Made by a program: the position numbers and the translations under genes. Shown here in pieces: positions 44,948 to 59,220 of a stretch of DNA of 64,000 bases; positions within the stretch are counted from its first letter, which is position 1; every line of letters begins with the position of its first letter. The notes under the pieces were generated by a model, which had not been told where the DNA came from, ran no database searches, and worked only from the letters and a program-made list of their open reading frames with translations. The stretch covers positions 496,001-560,000 of the forward strand of contig OZ287074.1 of assembly GCA_965645245.1 (NCBI GenBank), given 5' to 3'. Source of the DNA: Massalongia carnosa (lineage: Eukaryota).

Positions 44948-47921
44948 ATGGCTGATCCCTTCTCCTTCACGGGAACCGCGGTTGGTATCGTTTCTTTGGT
45001 CTTAAGCGTCTGGAATGGGCTGCTGCAGTATTACAGCGCCTGGAAGGATTTTGATAATGATGTCCTAGACATATATAACCGATTGGAGGACCTAAGCAAG
45101 ACATTTAAACTACTCGGCTCTGTAATTAAAAATTGGCCAATTTAGCCCAGATGTTACAAGCATGGTGGAGAAGAACCGGAGTTCATGTCGAATAGGAATC
45201 CAGGCATTGGAGAAAAGGCTGGGAAAGGTAAAACCGCGAACCCGGTTGGATTACGGGACAAAGTCAACTTCCAGACTTCAAGAGCCCTCTTTCCGTTCAG
45301 AAAGAGCACTCTCATCAGATTCAGAAGATAATCGCGAATCTTCGCGATAATTTGGGACTCGCTTTAACGTCTCTTCAGATGTTAGTGAAGCTTAATTACT
45401 CTTGGTTTCTTATGATATCTATTCTCAGGAAACATCTTTTGGCTGATGCTTGCTTCTGTACCTAGCGATGTTTCTGCTGTATCTCTACAGCGCTTAGAAG
45501 ACATTGTTGACCATTTCGGTATCCTTGAAAAGCACTCTACTACAACCTGGGCACATCTAGAGAACCTGACGGATAACATGGAGATATTGAATATAGTGGT
45601 TAGAAATGCTCAAAGAGAAGCGCAACAAGAGAAGATTTACGAATGGTTATCTCCCCCTGATCCGTTCTCGAATCATAATACCGCTCGTCAGAGACACGAA
45701 CCCTTAATGGGCCACTGGTTCATCAATGGGAAAGAGTTCGAAGAATGGAGATCCAGGCCGAATTCGATAATCTGGCTGCATGGCATCCGTAAGCTTGGCC
45801 TAAATCTTGACCATGGGCTTTGCCGATACTATTTAATTTGGCTGGATGCGGTAAGACCATTATTACGTACGTATCTGAAAACCAACTGGATTTACAACTG
45901 CTAGAACATAAAAAGGTCTACAGCTATTGCAAACCTTCTTGAATCATGTGCTTCGTCTTATGATGCGACGATAGCGCATTTTAATTTTGACTTTAATGAT
46001 GGCAGAAAGCAAAACCTATCTGATCTCCTGTGCTCCCTCGTTGCCTAGCTGTCAACACATAATTCTGTAACTTTGAGGCCTCTAAACGAGCTCTTCAAAC
46101 AGGTAAACAGGAAACCAACTACTGAGGATCTTATACATATCCTTGAGTTGGTTTTGATGGGTTTACCGCGTGTATATTTCATAATTGATGCTCTTGATGA
46201 ATGTGAAGAGATAGAGGAACTCATGAAGCTGATCAATAAAATCACCTCATGGAAGAGCCCTAGTAAGCATATTCTGATTGCCAGCCGAAAAAAAGATGGA
46301 GATCGAGGACGCCCTGGATGGTTTAGTGGTGAACAAATTTTGTATTCAGAGTTCTTCGGTGAACCAGGATAAAAAATTATATGTCAAAAATCGCTTAACC
46401 AGCAATTCGAGGTTGAAGAAATGGTATAGTTATGCGGAAATCAGGGTTGAAATCGAGTCTTCTATAATGAACAGGGCAAACGGAATGTATGTTTACCCGC
46501 CAACCTTTGGATTGTGTAGCATACTAACCGTGTCCAGGTTTCGGTGGGCAGTCTGCCAATTGGGCGAACTCTGAAATGTTTGACTTTAGCTGCTCTCAGA
46601 AAGGCTTTGAGGTCGCTGCCAAAGACATTATACGAGACGTACGATAAGATACTAATGAGCATCGATGAGTCATTCCACGATCAAAACTTGCAAGCTTTAC
46701 GGTGGCTGGCATTTTCCAAACGGACCCTCAGCACCACAGAGCTTGCAGAAGCGGTGGCAGCGATACTTGTATCGGCGGGCCAACCACCGATATTCGACCC
46801 TTTGAATCGCTTGTCTGCAGTGAACGACATTTTTTATAATCTGCTCAAGTTTGGTAACAGAAATTCTGCATGACTCGTTCTGGGGGACATATCAAACCAA
46901 AGAATTTACAACCATGGTTCTAGCGCATTATGCTGTCAAGGAGTACTTGACGTCAGATTACATCCTCCGGAGCTTCCAAATTTTCCGTTAGGCAAATTCT
47001 AACCGATATCTCCATCGCGCAAACCTGTGTCGCTTATCTTTCTCATTTCCAAGACCCTCTTTGGAAAGCATCAAACACTAGAGCAGAATTTCCACTTGTG
47101 AACTATGCTCTATATCATTGGTACTACCATGCACAGACTCAGAGTGTATCCAGAGAGTCGGAAACTTTTGAACTCTGGTTATTGGCTTGATCCAGGCTCC
47201 AGGATATTTATCATGTCTACACTCGTGTAGTGATGTCTAGGATAAACCAACCCGATTTCTAACCACTCATGTTCCTAGTCCGACTCTGCACTATTCATCG
47301 GTGTACGGCTTTGTTGCAATATGCAGACAGCTGCTGGACATGAATGCTGAAATCAATGCGCGAAATAGTCGACAAGAAAGTGCGTTACATTGGGCGACAT
47401 CCGGTGGATATCCAGGTGTGATCCAGTTGCTTTTGGAATGAGGAGCCAATCCGAATGCACAGTCCGATATATATGGGTCACTGACGTATGCAGTAATACT
47501 GGGTTCTGCGGATATAGTGTAGATGCTACTGAGAGCTGACGCCGATATCTGTGTGCTAGACCAATAGCCCTCCGTACTCCACTGGGCTGCATTTTTTGGC
47601 TATGAGATTGTTTTAGAGACCCTATTGAGAAATGGAGCTAATATCAATGCGATGGCTTGGAATCTAGGCAGGCCACTTTTTATCTCATGTAGAACAGCGA
47701 TGGATCATATCGTCAAGTTACTTTTAAGCAATGGAGCCGATGCAAATATTGAACATATCGACGATAACGCCTCACATCGCGCGGTAAGATATGGTCATTT
47801 AAACACTGCCAACATGCTTCTAAAGCACGGCACCAGCACAAATTCAAAAAATAAAAGAGGGAAAACTCCATTGCAGCTGGCACAGGATTATGGCCGAAAA
47901 GATATCGCACGGCTGCTTTAA
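44948..47921 (+). pseudogene. Fungal NLR-like NACHT-ankyrin gene, fragmented
   Basis: N-terminus MADPFSFTGTAVGIVSL; WLSPPDPFSNH; WLHGI/GCGKT P-loop split by an intron; IIDALDEC; LPKTLYETY; ankyrin repeats. Several in-frame stops (e.g. 45143-45145, ~46046) and frameshifts. Confidence 0.85.
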
Positions 47922-49049
47922 GGTAAGGGCGTTATCGTTGGCGATTGAATGACAATCCCTTCTGGCAATATTCACAATGTCGGGCGACATTCAGCAGAGC
48001 GTTGGCTGCAGCTCTTGCCAATTCCGATAAACCATCCGAAAATTTTCTGGTGATTGTTGAGTACATGCATGAGATTTATATATTAGATTAAACGTCTGAG
48101 AAGGAACATATGCTCCAGGATCACTTTGCGGAGACAAAGCTGACAAGGAAAAGCATTGATCGAAGTCTCCATCATTTGGATGATGGACCTGGATTAATAT
48201 ATGAAACCGGCGAGAGGCCCTAACAACGCTTAATTCACTGCTATACTGGACCAAACACTATAATCAGTCAAGGTATTGTTTGATGTCAAAGACCAAACGG
48301 TAAATTGAGAAGTATGCGGGGACCATTGTTGTCCCAAAGGAAGGATAAACTCAGCAAAAGCTCGCCAGTCTACAAATGCCTTTTTTCCCGTCTCTTTTCA
48401 GGCTGAAACGCCCTCACTGGAGGTATCTGGAGGTTCTCAGACAACATGACTTCGAATCGCTATTTGCTTCTGGCAGACTAGGCTTCACAATTCAGCTTCA
48501 CGGTATCAAAACAAGATGCTTGATCTTGGACCTTCATTCGCTTCCATCATTCTTGATTGCCCACTAAGAATCCAAGTTGAGATCACTTGCGCTGAGATCA
48601 ATCATGTATGAGAAGGGAATGTACTAGCTGACTTCATGTATTGATCACACTATGTCAAACCGCCTAGAAAGGTCCTTCGGGAGCTCTATGTCTTCGATAG
48701 CTATTCGTTCACACGCTGCTTAAACCCATCGCCACTTAGAGTTTGCACTTCGCTGTAGATAATCAGTTCTACATGCCTATCTTGATGAAGTTTTTTATTG
48801 TCGGCATAAGGTAAAGATAAAAGCTTAGGGGTGCAGGACAGGATGGATTGATGGTCACTGGCTCTTTAATGTTAAGTATATATATTTCTTGTCAAAATGA
48901 AAAGTACTTTATGATTTGGAAGCATCATTCTACGAATGGCCTTGGAATTTCCCTTGACCGGTGATAGGGGCATTATAGTTTAGATATGCACCTTGTATGT
49001 AACTTAACTTTGGTATAGTATTCAGTTAGTAACTATCCGTGGGAACGTC

Positions 49050-50330
49050 ATGAACGCCGTAGATGGCTCTGATCATTACAGCAAGACCTCGGATGGTTTG
49101 TCTTCTGTCTCCGAAACTCTGCAGTTAGGTCCCCTCATGCTAACAGGCTCATTCATCAACAAGAACCGCCACCTTCCCTCCTGACAATTATTCTCGATAC
49201 GAACCCCAACGCCTGGGCCCTCCTTGCCGACACGCTCCCTCTGTCCCAGGCCATCGCCAACCTCCTTGTCTTCATCAACGCCCATCTGGCATTCAACCAC
49301 GCCAATAAAATCGCCATAATCGCCAGTCATACCCAGCGCGCGGAGTTTCTCTATCCAGACCCGCTTCGCCCCCTGCATCAGGCCTCGACAAACGGAACCC
49401 ATCTAGCCCATAAAGATGCCTCCTCCAGCGCCCACAATGACTCCGATACAGAAATGGCCGACAAGCCGCTCCCTCGACCGCCTACTTCCACAGACGACGC
49501 AAATAAATACCGCCCCTTCCGCCTCGTCCAGGAAACCCTCCTCGCATCCCTCGCCCACCTCCTCACCACTACCCCCCCAACCTCCCTCCCCACAATTCCC
49601 ACCACATCAGTAGCAGGTGCCCTCACCCTCGCCCTCGCCTACACCAACAAACAAACTACCCTCCTATCCTCCCTCCCTCCCTCCACTACTAACACCGACC
49701 TCCCTCCTTATTCCTCTACCTCCCTCACGACTTCCCGCGCCCCAAGCCTCCTTTCGCGCATCCTCATCCTCTCCGTCTCCGGCGACCTTGCACACCAGTA
49801 CATCCCCATTATGAACACCATATTCGCCTGCCAGCGCCTCGGCATTCCCATTGACATCGCCAAGATTGCTGGCGACACCGTGTTCCTGCAGCAGGCCTCG
49901 GACGCCACCCGCGGCACGTATATCAAGCTCGAGCGCCCGCAAGGCTTGCTGCAGTACCTGATGATGGCCTTCTTGCCGGATCAGACGAGTCGCCGAAACC
50001 TAGTCATTCCGACGCAAGTCGGGGTCGATTTCCGCGCGGCCTGTTTCTGCCACCGAAGGGTGGTGGATGTAGGGTTCGTATGCAGTATTTGCTTGAGCAG
50101 TGAGTAAACAACCCCCCCCCCCCCCCCCGAAATTTTCTTGAGGATACATTCCATTTTACCAGCCACAACTAACCAAACCCACCGCACTCCTCCCAGTCTT
50201 CTGTTCCCCCCCCGAAGGCGCTCTCTGCCTCACGTGCGGCACCCACCTGCGCCTCGGCGACTACGGCGGGAAACCGGCTGTCGTGCGCCGAAGGAAAAAG
50301 AAGAAGCAGCCGAAGCCTAGGGCGGACTGA
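49050..50330 (+). CDS. TFB4: TFIIH subunit Tfb4, multi-exon
   Basis: LLTIILDTNPNAW, QYIPIMN, FLQQASDAT and VDFRAACFCH...GFVCSICLS. Confidence 0.93.
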
Positions 50331-50907
50331 GCTGGAGAGACTTACGGAAGACGTGAAAGGGGAGGGGAGAGTAGAGGTAATGGGGAACCTCCTAAAGGAA
50401 TCGACGGGAGGGTTTTTTTTCTTTTTTTGAAAAAAAGGGTCGTTTCTGACTCATTATTTGGGGTTCTGGGGCTACGATGTGAAGAAAAAAGGATCTACAT
50501 TTTGGTATAGGTATATCGTTTTTAGCGAGGGGGGCGTATAGGGATGTGGGTAGATGCTAATTTATAGAGCTTCGTCTCACACGGGCACAGATGGATTTCC
50601 CAGGTACGGCAGAAATCCGGATATCTAGCGCTCGTAATATTTACCTTGCCCATTTCCCCTCTCCCCTCGAACTCCCTCCCTGCTTTCCGTCTATTGACAT
50701 TTTGCTGAAATTAGTCCATCCCTTTTCTCATCACCCCAAATCGCATCTAATTCACGTGTTGCGCAAACCCACGAATGATACACCGTCGTAAAGAATGTTC
50801 TCCTTCTACACGTCTATCTATCTCAGGTAGCGCTATCCCACTCAGCCAGCAGCGTGCTGACGAATTTCCAACTTGATTAAGCACATGTCATGCCCACGGT
50901 GGTCGAT

Positions 50908-53072
50908 TCATCCGGTACCACCTCCTCTACCCCCTTGGGCCCCCACGCCAATGTCTCCACCGTGCCCCGCTTTAAATCCGCCTTCCCCATGATAAATTCC
51001 ACGCCCAGCCCCCGTCCCGCCTGACGATCCTGCTAGAAATGCCCACGAAGGCACCGACCCTGCCGTTGCTCCGGCCGTCGGAATCCGTTTGCTGGCCGAG
51101 GAGCGAGCACCGTGCGAGAACCGTGACTTCTTCGATTTAGGAGGCTCGTCTGTAGACAACGATTCTGAGGGAGGGTTCAGCGCAGGATCGGGGTTGGCGA
51201 ACCAGGTGGATTGGGTGACGCCGGACCAGCCGTGTTTGGGCCAGTGCTTAATGGATCTACCGCCTGTAATGACCTTGCTGTTACCCTTGTTGCGCGACAT
51301 TAGGGACTTGGGTTTTGCATCATCGGAGCCCATGGATGCAACGGCCTAAGAAAAGAGTGAGAAGTTAATGTGTGATAAGGCTGGAAGTTCCTTCATAAGC
51401 TTACAAAGGTTTCTGTATTGTGGGCAAAATAGAGCCATACGCCATCCACAGTCTTTTTAACCCCTAATACACCAATAGCTCCGGCCGAGTGGCTGTGTAT
51501 CACGCTTGGGTGCGCTGTGCCCGAAAGCCAGATCAACTTCTGATACAATGTCAATCGCGCAACAGGGGATGACCTACCCATGAAGTCCCTTTCAACAAAA
51601 GATTTGATGGCTCGGTCGTCATCAGTCAGCTCAGAGCCCCCGTCCAAGGTCAAACGAGTCGACGTATAGATGCGCCGTGCACAGGTGTTCGCAGCCACAG
51701 TGGTTGCCATGTGCTCCCCAGTGCCACTGACCACGGTCGCCACACAGGTCTTTTTTAGATCTCTAGCTTCAATGGGTATTATCGCAGTTCCTACACCTAC
51801 CAGCGCGGCGGGGCCAACACGACCTTGGTGTTTCATACCAATGCCCCCTGAAGACGATCCTGCTGCAATGTTGCCCAAGCAATCAATCGCAATAGCTCCA
51901 ACCGTGTCGGTGATAACATCTTCGTCAAGACGCTGTGGTTTCAAAGCTCTAAACTTTCCCAACAGTGGATCGTCATCGATGAAACTATCACCATCTTCTT
52001 CATAATGATCGTAGTTGTGGCTTAAATAGCCTTGACCATCACTACCTACCGAGGAATCGATGACATGTCCGCGCGGTTGTAAAACCTCCTCTGCGTACGG
52101 GTCAGGCATTTGTGCAGCTTCTGAGGTATCAGATGCGACGAGCTCAGGCGAATAAGGCTGGCTTTCATTCCAGCAGCTCTCGAGCGTCTTAGGTTGTTGC
52201 TTTGCATTAGTACCATCTGCCTCCTGACCAGTTTGCACTTTCTTTAAATCCGCTTTCCACCTCAACCAACGTTCTCCTGCAGCGAGAGAAACCAAGTGAT
52301 CATTATGGACCACGGCTATGCCTTGTTGAAAAGCGAACTCGATGGCACCTGGCCCCACGAGTAGATTGGGAGGTACACGCTTCAAAGTAAGTGGCTTGGT
52401 AGACTGCTCGAGAACGAGGCGTGCCAAATGGATGGGATTCCGGATCTGCCCAACCGCACCAACCGCACCACTTCGCCCATAATGATCAACCAGAGTAGCA
52501 TCGCATTCAACAAGGCCGTCAATTGATAAGTTGCTGCCATATCCAGCGTTTGTGATCTCCCGGTCTTCAAGAACCTTGATAGCAATCTCTACCGCATCAA
52601 CGGCATCACCTCCATTGTTTAGAAAGGCCATAGCGCAGCGTGCCGCACTATAATAATATTAGAACGTGAATTTCAGACCCATGCTCAGTCTGCGATGGCT
52701 GATGTAAAAGCCTAAGGAGCTTACTCACTCCTCGCATACTTGGAGATGTGTTCGTTCGTTCTGCACACTATGGAAACCTGCACCGGCATGAACAAAGATA
52801 GCACAGACATCCCCGGCAACACGGCGGCGACGAATAGACATAGATTTCATCCAATCTTCAGCTTGGCCGTCGACTTGACTGGTTTGCCGGCTTGCGGTGT
52901 CTTTTTTTTGTGTTATCTTACTCCTGCAGAAGAGCTTCTGACAATAGTTACGAAAGCGCTGTTGGAGCTGGGCGAGCTTACAACTATGCATATATTTAGG
53001 TTCTAAACTTTGAAGTGATAGATAATTGGGTTCTGAAGGACTAAGGGCGAGAATGTGTGGCGGTGAGACCAT
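50908..53072 (-). CDS. Threonine aspartase (taspase-1-like, asparaginase_2 family), multi-exon
   Basis: IFVHAGAG, TNAGYGSNL, DTVGAI (nucleophile Thr), SSGGIGMK and SGTGE. Confidence 0.9.
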
Positions 53073-53890
53073 ACATTGAAGATATTAACTCTACCGAGAG
53101 CTTAGGTGATTGAGAACTAGGACGAATAGGTGTGGAAAGTGATGGCTAAATGTAATCGCATCAAAAAGCGTTTGAAAACGAGCGATACAGCGACGGAACC
53201 TTGAGATTCCGCATCCACGTAACCGTGCAACAACAGGGTCAAGCCTGTGGAGCTTAAAAGAAGTGATAAGGATAGTAAAGTCAACAAACGTTCTATTCAC
53301 TAACGAGTGGACGTGAAATGAATGCTGCGGAAGAGGCGAAGAAAGAGAAGTTGGACGAATGATCCAGCCAGAACGCATAGGGAGATTGATCAAGTAGAAT
53401 GGTCGGGAAGCCTGCCCAAGTAGGTCTCGATTAATTTAAAAGCGACTAGCAGTTACAATTAGTCACTAACTCAGCCATAGTCAGTCGTTCCTTCCAGAGA
53501 ACTCATCATGGCATTACAGCGGTGCTGGTGAGTCGGTTGATGTTACTCAAAGGTTGAAAACTCCTCTATAAAGCAACTTCCATATACAGACAAAAAGAAC
53601 CGTTAAGTCGCTTAACCCAGAGTAATGGTAATCCGATAAGGCTGGTGGCGCGCGTCTATTCAGTCAAACTAAATCAACCCCAATGGGGAACAGGTTTTGT
53701 GGAAGAAGTTATAGAACTTCATCTCAAGCAGAGAGACATCCTATGCACGACGTAGTGACGGAAAAACAAAAAGACATCAAGAAGTGTATCTAGAGCTAAA
53801 TCCTCTGTGGCCATGACAAATTCATGTCATTGCTCTGGCTAGCCATTGTTGATCTGTATCCATCTACCTTTTCTATTCCACTGGTCTCTC

Positions 53891-55546
53891 ATGACCTCCC
53901 AAACCCCAGCCGTTGTCATTGACAAGTGAGATGCCTTCTTCTCACCTTGCACGTCAGGAAATACAAATGTTAAATATTGCTGACTGTTAACAGCGGTACG
54001 GGATTTTCCAAATTAGGTATGTAACGTGCAAGGCTCCTCGCTGCTGGATTTATGTATCTGACATGTTCGAGGTTTTGCTGGTAATGATTCTCCTTCATTT
54101 GTATTTCCAACGGCGATAGCTACAAAGGGCGGGGTTGGTGGTTCCGGAGGCTCAGGGTCTGGAAGACCAGCAGTCGCAAACAAGCCATCATTCTTGACTG
54201 GAGGTACCGGCTCTGGAGGAGCTTTGTCTGCAAAAAGAGGCACAGAAGATTTGGATTTCTTCATTGGAGATGAAGCGTTAGTGGCAGCGAGCGGACCTGG
54301 TATATACACTTCGAGGTTCCGATTTGAAGAATAAGATGTTTGCTAAGGCCCGTCTAGGATATGGCATACACTATCCAGTGCGGCATGGACAAGTGGAGAA
54401 TTGGGTACGCTTATCGATGTGGAAAGTGAAGTTATTACGCTGACGAATGAGTGTAGGATCATATGGAACGGTTTTGGTCGAATTCTATATTTAAGTACCT
54501 ACGAGTTGAACCTGAAGACCACTATTTCCTGCTTACTGAACCTGTGTGTGCCTACTATCCAAAGTAGCAACTGTCCGACTCATCTTTTGAACAGCCTTTA
54601 AATCCCCCGGAGAACCGCGAAAATACCGCCGAGATCATGTTTGAATCATTCAACTGCGCCGGGTTGTACATCGCTGTGCAAGCAGTCCTTGCCCTAGCCG
54701 CATCCTGGACCTCTTCCAAAGTCTCGGATCGTTCACTTACCGGTACCGTCATAGATTCTGGGGATGGTGTAACTCATGTAATTCCTGTTGCTGAAGGATA
54801 TGTCATCGGTAGTTCCATCAAAAGCATACCTATTGCTGGTAGAGATATCACCTACTTCGTACAATCTCTTCTGCGCGATCGAGGCGAGCCAGACAGCAGC
54901 CTTAAGACCGCGGAGCGGGTGAAAGAAGAATACTGCTATGTTTGTCCCGATATGGTCAAAGAGTTTTCCCGGTTTGATAGGGAGCCAGATCGATTTATGA
55001 AGCACACGGTAACATCTCCAAATGGGCGGAGTGTTACTGTCGATGTGGGATATGAACGCTTCCTGGCGCCTGAGATTTTCTTCAACCCCGAGATATATTC
55101 TTCTGACTTTCTGACCCCACTCCCTACTGTTGTGGATGGTGTCATCCAATCCTCACCTATCGACGTTCGCCGAGGGCTATATAAGAATATTGTCCTATCT
55201 GGCGGCTCTACTTTATACAAAGACTTTGGTAGACGGTTGCAACGAGATATACGACACCTGGTCGATGCAAGAATCCGTGCATCAGAGGCTCGAAGCGGAG
55301 GAGCGAAAAGCGGGGGCCTGGAGGTGCAGGTTGTGACACATAAACGGCAAAGACATGGACCTTGGTTCGGAGGAAGCTTGTTGGGGCAGACGCCGGAATT
55401 TAGAAGTTATTGCCATACGAAGGCAGAGTATGACGAGGTCGGACCAAGCATTGTGAGAAGGTAGGTACTTACATGTCTCAATATTGCGGATAGTAGCTGA
55501 CTTGGGGGATAGATTTGCGTTGCTAGGAGGACCTGGTAGTACTTGA
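53891..55546 (+). CDS. ARP3: Actin-related protein 3 (Arp2/3 complex), multi-exon
   Basis: [37 protein letters not shown] and [16 protein letters not shown]. Confidence 0.97.
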
Positions 55547-56295
55547 TGAAGGTGATATGCTTCATATATCTCGTAGCAAACCACGTGGTCGAAAAGTTGA
55601 TAATCCCGTGCTTTTTCTGGTGAAATGACTTTATTTGGTGTATGCTGGTGTGGAAAGTGGTTAAATCCTAAGGGAAGCGCTGAAGGGGTACGTGTGGATA
55701 TACTCTGAAAGCACGCAGTCACGGATAGAGTAACATACTCGCAAAGGGGGGCACTAGGAACTCCTCAGTAGTCTTTAGATGCCACTTAACAGCGATCTCC
55801 CACCCTTCGTTACCCCTGTTTGGTTGTCGCTCATTCGATTTCTGGTCTGTGGGGCTGGTGAACCTGCAACTGGACCAAAAACGTAGAGTTCAAACTACAG
55901 AGTAGTTGCGTTGTAAGCATTTGGCTGAAGGTCGATTTCAAATCATCATCTATTCAAAATTCCAAATACAAAATACACAGTTACGACATAACAAATACAC
56001 TCCTTAGAGTGAGAATATATTGTTGCAGCTACTTGAGAACTCCTTGACTTGACTCGAAGCTATATTCACTTTTAGTCTTCATCTTCATCCTTATACCTTC
56101 GTCATGTTGCAGCTACTCTACAAGGAGTAAGTGGAGTTGTTACTCAAGCCCGATGGCTTCGCCAGTGCATTGAACCTACACTCCTACACCAATCGAACAA
56201 CCAACGGGAACAGCAATCACGCCAGCGCCGTGGCTTTAAGTTTGACACGTTCTTGACTTCTGTTTGATTTGCCGACTGTCACTTCGCTGTTCGTC

Positions 56296-58411
56296 ATGAC
56301 GCAGCTCTTCGGTTCATCCTCGAGCAACTCGCAGTCGTTACCAAACGAGAAGCGGAATTTCTCTGGCTTTTCAACCTCGTCCAAAGCCAATGGCTCCAAT
56401 CATTTTCCCCAGAGAATACGAAACTTTTTCCGCATCAACAGCGTTAGTAGCGATGGCGGATCCAACTCGAAATCAGACGGTAAAATCAGGCAATCAAGGT
56501 TTCTTGGTAGCATTGGTCGTAACCGGTCCGCCACGGTAGCAAGTGAAGGGAACCCGTTAGAGGAGGGCATTTCACCTACAGCACATGCCAATCCATATTT
56601 TGCGCACCAAGGCCCTCCTACGTTAAGACACCACAATGACGGCAGCGTGCCACCCTCGCCTCCAGACTCACCTCACACCAAACTCGACGCCGCTGGAGGG
56701 GCCAACGACCAAGCTACGATAGCAGGGAAAGAAGAGCTGGCAAGAAAGCTTAGACGTGTAGCGTCTGCTCCGAATACTCAAGGCCTCTTTCAAGGGCCCA
56801 AGTCTAACGAAAGGCCGTCGACGGCACATCTAGGCAAGGAACCCTTGGTGCAACACAAGAATGAATCGACGTTGAGCATGGTGGATAATATGAAAGGGCA
56901 TACGCTCCCGGTACCGGCTACGAACGGGATACCTTCTCCAGGGCAATTAAGACAATCCATAGCTTTCAGGAGAACTTACAGCTCGAACTCGATCAAGGTG
57001 AAGAATGTTGAGGTTGGGCCTGGTAGCTTCGACAAGATCAAGATGATCGGAAAAGGAGACGTTGGCAAGGTCTATCTAGTTCGGGAGAAGAAGTCTAGTC
57101 GGTTGTATGCTATGAAAGGTAATCGAGCGACCCTTGATTGACTCTTTCTAGCGGCTGACAGAACTCAGTGCTGAGCAAAAAGGAAATGATAAAGAGAAAT
57201 AAAATCAAGCGGGCTTTGGCAGAGCAAGAGATCTTAGCAACCAGCAACCACCCATTCATAGTGACTTTGTATCATTCATTCCAGTCAGAGGATCATTTGT
57301 ACTTATGTATGGAGTATTGCAGCGGAGGGGAGTTTTTTCGAGGTGTGTCGGTAAAGCTCAGGACGTGTAATGTGGCTAATGAGTGCAGCGCTGCAAACTC
57401 GTCCTGGGAAATGTATTCCAGAAGATGATGCTCGGTTCTACGCGGGCGAGGTGACGGCAGCACTCGAGTATCTCCACTTGATGGGTTTCATTTATCGAGA
57501 CCTGAAGCCTGAAAGTATGCTTGGCGATTGTGCTGCATTGGAGCAAGCTGACACCAGCAGACATTCTTCTCCACCAGTCCGGCCACATCATGTTATCTGA
57601 TTTCGATCTCTCAAAACAATCGGATCCTGGAGGAGCGCCCACTATGATTGTCGGCCGTAATGGAGCTACTCCTACCTCGTTGCCCACCATTGATACAAAA
57701 TCCTGCATCGCCAATTTCCGCACTAATTCTTTCGTTGGAACAGAAGAATACATAGCGCCAGAAGTCATCAAAGGCTGTGGTCACACCAGTGCAGTGGACT
57801 GGTGGACCCTTGGTATCCTTGTGTATGAAATGCTCTATGGTACTACACCGTTCAAAGGAAAAAACCGAAATGCAACGTTTGCAAACATTCTTCGTGATGA
57901 CCCTGTTTTCCCTGAACACTCCGGCATCCCCCAGATCTCAAAGTACGTAATACTTATCTTAGCGCCCCTCTTGCAACCAATCTCAAAATTGACACTACTC
58001 CTTAGTCTCTGTAAATCTCTCATACGCAAACTGCTCATCAAAGACGAACTCCGCCGCATCGGTTCTCGTGCAGGTGCCTCCGACGTGAAAACTCACCCCT
58101 TTTTCCGTGCCACACAATGGGCTTTGTTGCGGCACATGAAACCACCTATGATCCCCCACCAAGGTCGCGCCATCGACACGGTCAACTTCCGCAATGTCAA
58201 GGAGAGCGTGTCAAGCGTGGACATGGGCATTGGCGGGAGAGATCTAGGGGTAGTCGGGGTGCGAGAGGCAAAAGGGGTGCCACTGGATAGCGGGCTTGCA
58301 ACGCCTGGGAACGAGATTGTGGATCCGTTTGAGGAGTTTAACAGCGTTACGTTACATCATGATGGGGAGGATGGGGGGCAGCAGGATGGGGAGATGGATC
58401 ATGCGCGATGA
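56296..58411 (+). CDS. nrc-2: AGC Ser/Thr kinase, nrc-2/FPK1/KIN82 family, multi-exon
   Basis: [36 protein letters not shown] and [15 protein letters not shown]. The start codon is uncertain. Confidence 0.92.
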
Positions 58412-59220
58412 AGACGTTAGAAGTAATGGGGTGTAAACAACGGAGGTAGTCTTTCATAGGGGGGGGCTTTTTTTATTGTGTTGGCGACGGTTTCACGATT
58501 GGTGTTCGGGGCTTCAGGGAGGATGGACCCATGTGTATCATGCCGTTTTCTGTCTCTAACATATGTCAGTACGTTATTGTATCTTTGACGATTGGCACTT
58601 TTTCCTGGCAGGTGGCCTCCTTCTCCTCAACCTTTCCTATCGTCTTCGTCGTCGTCTTCTTCCTCTCCCTCCCTTTGCTAAAGGTTTTACTTGGCTGCCC
58701 AACTTAAGCTAATTAGGCAGGTAGGTAGTTATCATAGCGTCTACCTCATCTTCTACTGAAAAATCCCGGACGATTTCCGGCTGGATCTACACTGCCAGAT
58801 TTTCTTCTACTTCTTTTCCTACTGACCCCCCCTCCCCCCCCTAAGACTTCCCTTCTCGCTTTCCTCTTGCTTGGGAAAATTTTTTTTTTGGTTTGTTTTA
58901 CTTGGCTTTATTAAATATATATCCATCCTGGGCTAGCTGGTCGATCTCCGAATTACAGGGGGGGGGGATGGGGGAAGATGGGGGTGGAGTTTGGTCTTTG
59001 GGTTCTAGGGCTTATGTATATAATGGCGTTGTGTTATGATTGTATGGCCAGGGAAGGGGGATGAGAGAGGGGGGGGTTCTTAAAAAGGAGGAATGGAAGG
59101 ATAGGTTTTGGAGGGTTTATAGGAAGCCAACAAAACGTGTGGAGATCTAATGCGTAGGCCAGTATTAACTACATAGCTAGCTGGGCAAGGAAATGTTAGC
59201 CCGTCCACAGCTACCAACTC

